This document shows, one piece after another, positions 61,718 through 64,000 of a stretch of DNA of 64,000 nt (position 1 is its first letter; each line of letters opens with the position of its first letter). Under the pieces are notes generated by a model. The model was given only the letters and a program-made list of their open reading frames with translations, was not told the DNA's origin and did not search any database. Source of the stretch: Eledone cirrhosa. Lineage: Eukaryota. Position numbers and translations under genes: made by a program. The stretch lies in the NCBI GenBank assembly GCA_964016885.1, contig OZ024743.1, positions 317,936,001-318,000,000 of the forward strand, given 5' to 3'.

Positions 61718-61830
61718 TCAGAATTGGGAACTGCTGAGTACACGAGCAGGAAGAGCTGGTGTTGTCCACAACCCACTGCGAGGTTTATTCCTCAGCAAAA
61801 CCTATCCATTGTCACCATTTACACCTTCAT
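61718..61830 (+). CDS. PLA2G4A: cPLA2 exon 13: QNWELLSTRAGRAGVVHNPLRGLFLSKTYPLSPFTPS; gene continues beyond window
   Basis: Matches LFNTREGRAGKVHNFMLGLNLNTSYPLSP; cccag and gtaagt. Confidence 0.94.
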
Positions 61831-62032
61831 GTAAGTAAACTACTTCATTCTCCATACTATATAAGGCCTGATGAGTAAAATAGTGATCTTTAAGAGAATT
61901 AATGAATTGTGAGTGTATTGGTACAGATGCATGATTTTGAATGGGTGAAGAAGTACCAAGAGATCTCAGTGGAAGGAAGCTACAGTAGTGGAAAACTGAG
62001 GAATAACTTTGCAGTTTATCTCAAAACACTGA

Positions 62033-62067
<35 letters not shown>

Positions 62068-62317
62068 AACAAGTAAGACCCCGACGGCTGAGCTCAAGCC
62101 GTTTCGACGGCTAATTCTGGACTGAATGAAAATTTATTCAGGTATTTAAATAGCCGAGCTTATCAAGGGGTAATTCCATATATGGTCAAAGAGATAATCA
62201 CCAGGATTGGTCACATCACAAGTTAGTAGTAAATCTGTGATGGCAAATTGGTGGGGGAAGGGGTAGCTGAACCTGCCGGTAGGAGATGATGATGATATAT
62301 ATATATATATATATATA

Positions 62318-62660
62318 TCATCATCATCATCATCATTTTATGTCCTCTTTTCCCTCCTTGCAAGGGTGGGATGGGAACTGATTCTGGCTTGATTTCTACA
62401 GCTGGATGCCCTTCCTAACACCAACCTCATTTTACAGTGAGTGCTGGGTGCTTTTTTGCCGTCGCACCTCCACGACCACTTTTCAGTGGAATGATAGGGA
62501 TCCCAGTCCTATCATCTCATTTCTACAGCTGAGTAAACTGGAGCAATGTGAAATAAAGTGTCTTGCTCAAGGAAACAACACATCACCTGGTCTGAGAATT
62601 GAACTCACAACCTTTCGATTGCAAGGCCAATGCTCTAACCACTAAGCTATGTGCCTCCAT
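62318..62660 (-). mobile_element. Composite SINE (family B head plus RTE-type 3' tail), near-identical to 42450-42750
   Basis: gcaagggtgggatgggaactgattctggcttgatttctacagctggatgc shared. Confidence 0.7.
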
Positions 62661-62844
62661 ATATATATATTAGTGCAGCAGAAACTCGAGTCCGGGAACC
62701 TTATAGGCACCCATTTTACGTGTGTTGTGTTGAGGCAAATAACTATGTGTATACTCTGGTAATGTATCTTACATTGCCTATTGAGTGCGCTGAGACACAA
62801 CCGGTACTGGCATTGATAAATATGCTGGGTCCGTCAACCCTTAT

Positions 62845-62919
<75 letters not shown>

Positions 62920-63084
62920 AAGAATGAAGGGTTCATTCTACTAACATGGCTATAAAATTGAGGCTTGTTTGCATAATTCCAAACGAATCAAATGTTATTA
63001 TTAATATTCAAAAAATTCAGATTACATTTATGTATATGTATATGTGTGTATATATATATATATGTAAATATATATATCTATCTA

Positions 63085-63121
<37 letters not shown>

Positions 63122-63267
63122 GACCAGGAATGCTTTTTATGAAAATCAGTCATATGGAACTATTGTCATCTTGCCTGATGGTTTGAACTTTACAACACCA
63201 CCTGCCTCTTTGAGGTCAAATACCAACCCTACTACCATCTACAGACTGACCAATGAGAATCAAGACT

Positions 63268-64000
63268 ATTATCAGTCTATGTTGAGACGTGCATTCTTCA
63301 TGGGGGAGGGATTTAGTGTTTACAACAGACACTCTGTCACGTCTCCTGGTAAGGATATAATCTTCCTGGCTTGTGTGTTCCCCTGATCTATAGGTGATCA
63401 AGTGATTGTCTCGTTTTTTGAAATTAGTGTTACAGATAGTTAGGTTATTTGCGTCAGAGAATTCCAGGATTCTGGAGCCTTCCTCATTTTTAGTACCAAA
63501 CCCATAGCCTCCATGGATTCCATCATAGCCGTCACAATGTTGTCCAACGTGACCATTTAGGTCGCCAGCAATAATTATATAGTCACTGTCGGTTATTTGG
63601 GAGGTAGTGAGCATCAGTGTCTCATAGAATCTGTCTTTTATAGTGCCGGGCAGTCCGGATTGGGGTGCGTACGCAGATATTACTGTCACAGTAGTTCTAT
63701 TGAGGACAAGTCTTATTTTAATTATTCTGTCGTTCACTCTATTTACGTCTATTATCTTATCTGCCCACTTTTCTGCTACCATGATTCCTACCCAACCCAG
63801 CCCATTGTCATTTCCCACCCAGAAAAGCTTATAGCATCATTCTTTACCCACGATGAATCTAGCAGACCCACCCCTCCACCTGGTCTCTTGAATACAACAA
63901 ACATCGACCTCCTTACGTTCAAGCATTTCTACAACCTCGTTAGAGTGACCCTTTAAGGTGCCTACATTCATGGTACCAACTCTGAAGTTTTGGATTGCGT
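63268..64000 (-). mobile_element. APE-endonuclease portion of the same RTE family, antisense, running off the window
   Basis: ISAYAPQ, IAGDLNGHVG, NTNFKKR and SQHRL; overlaps 57995-58309 in sequence. Confidence 0.93.

Noticed and set aside
61718-61721. Alternative acceptor 4 nt downstream (tcag)
   Set aside because: Would shift the frame and lose the conserved GRAG and PLSP peptide

Overview
AT-rich, microsatellite-dense animal genomic DNA; the repeat landscape suggests a cephalopod such as Octopus (inference). The whole window lies inside one + strand gene, a group IV cytosolic phospholipase A2 (cPLA2/PLA2G4A-like). I traced 13 GT-AG coding exons by hand (556-61830, 1667 nt, one open frame). 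They encode the C2 domain, the GGGFRA and GLSGS catalytic motifs and the PLSP MAPK site; the start codon and the catalytic-Asp exons lie outside the window. Introns carry RTE and CR1-type LINEs, tRNA-derived SINEs, two non-autonomous Helitrons, MITEs, foldback elements and hairpins. The most interesting unexplained signal is a dispersed set of type I hammerhead ribozyme motifs of the Penelope-associated kind (about 7, plus half-sites), four of them sense to the pre-mRNA. Also notable: an inverted LINE pair bracketing an in-frame two-exon cassette that holds the regulatory phosphosite, a candidate -1 frameshift site in a CR1 LINE, and a PHD finger inside an RTE ORF. Most short ORFs in the supplied track are microsatellite or antisense artefacts. 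All alignments and folds were done by eye and repeat boundaries are approximate.
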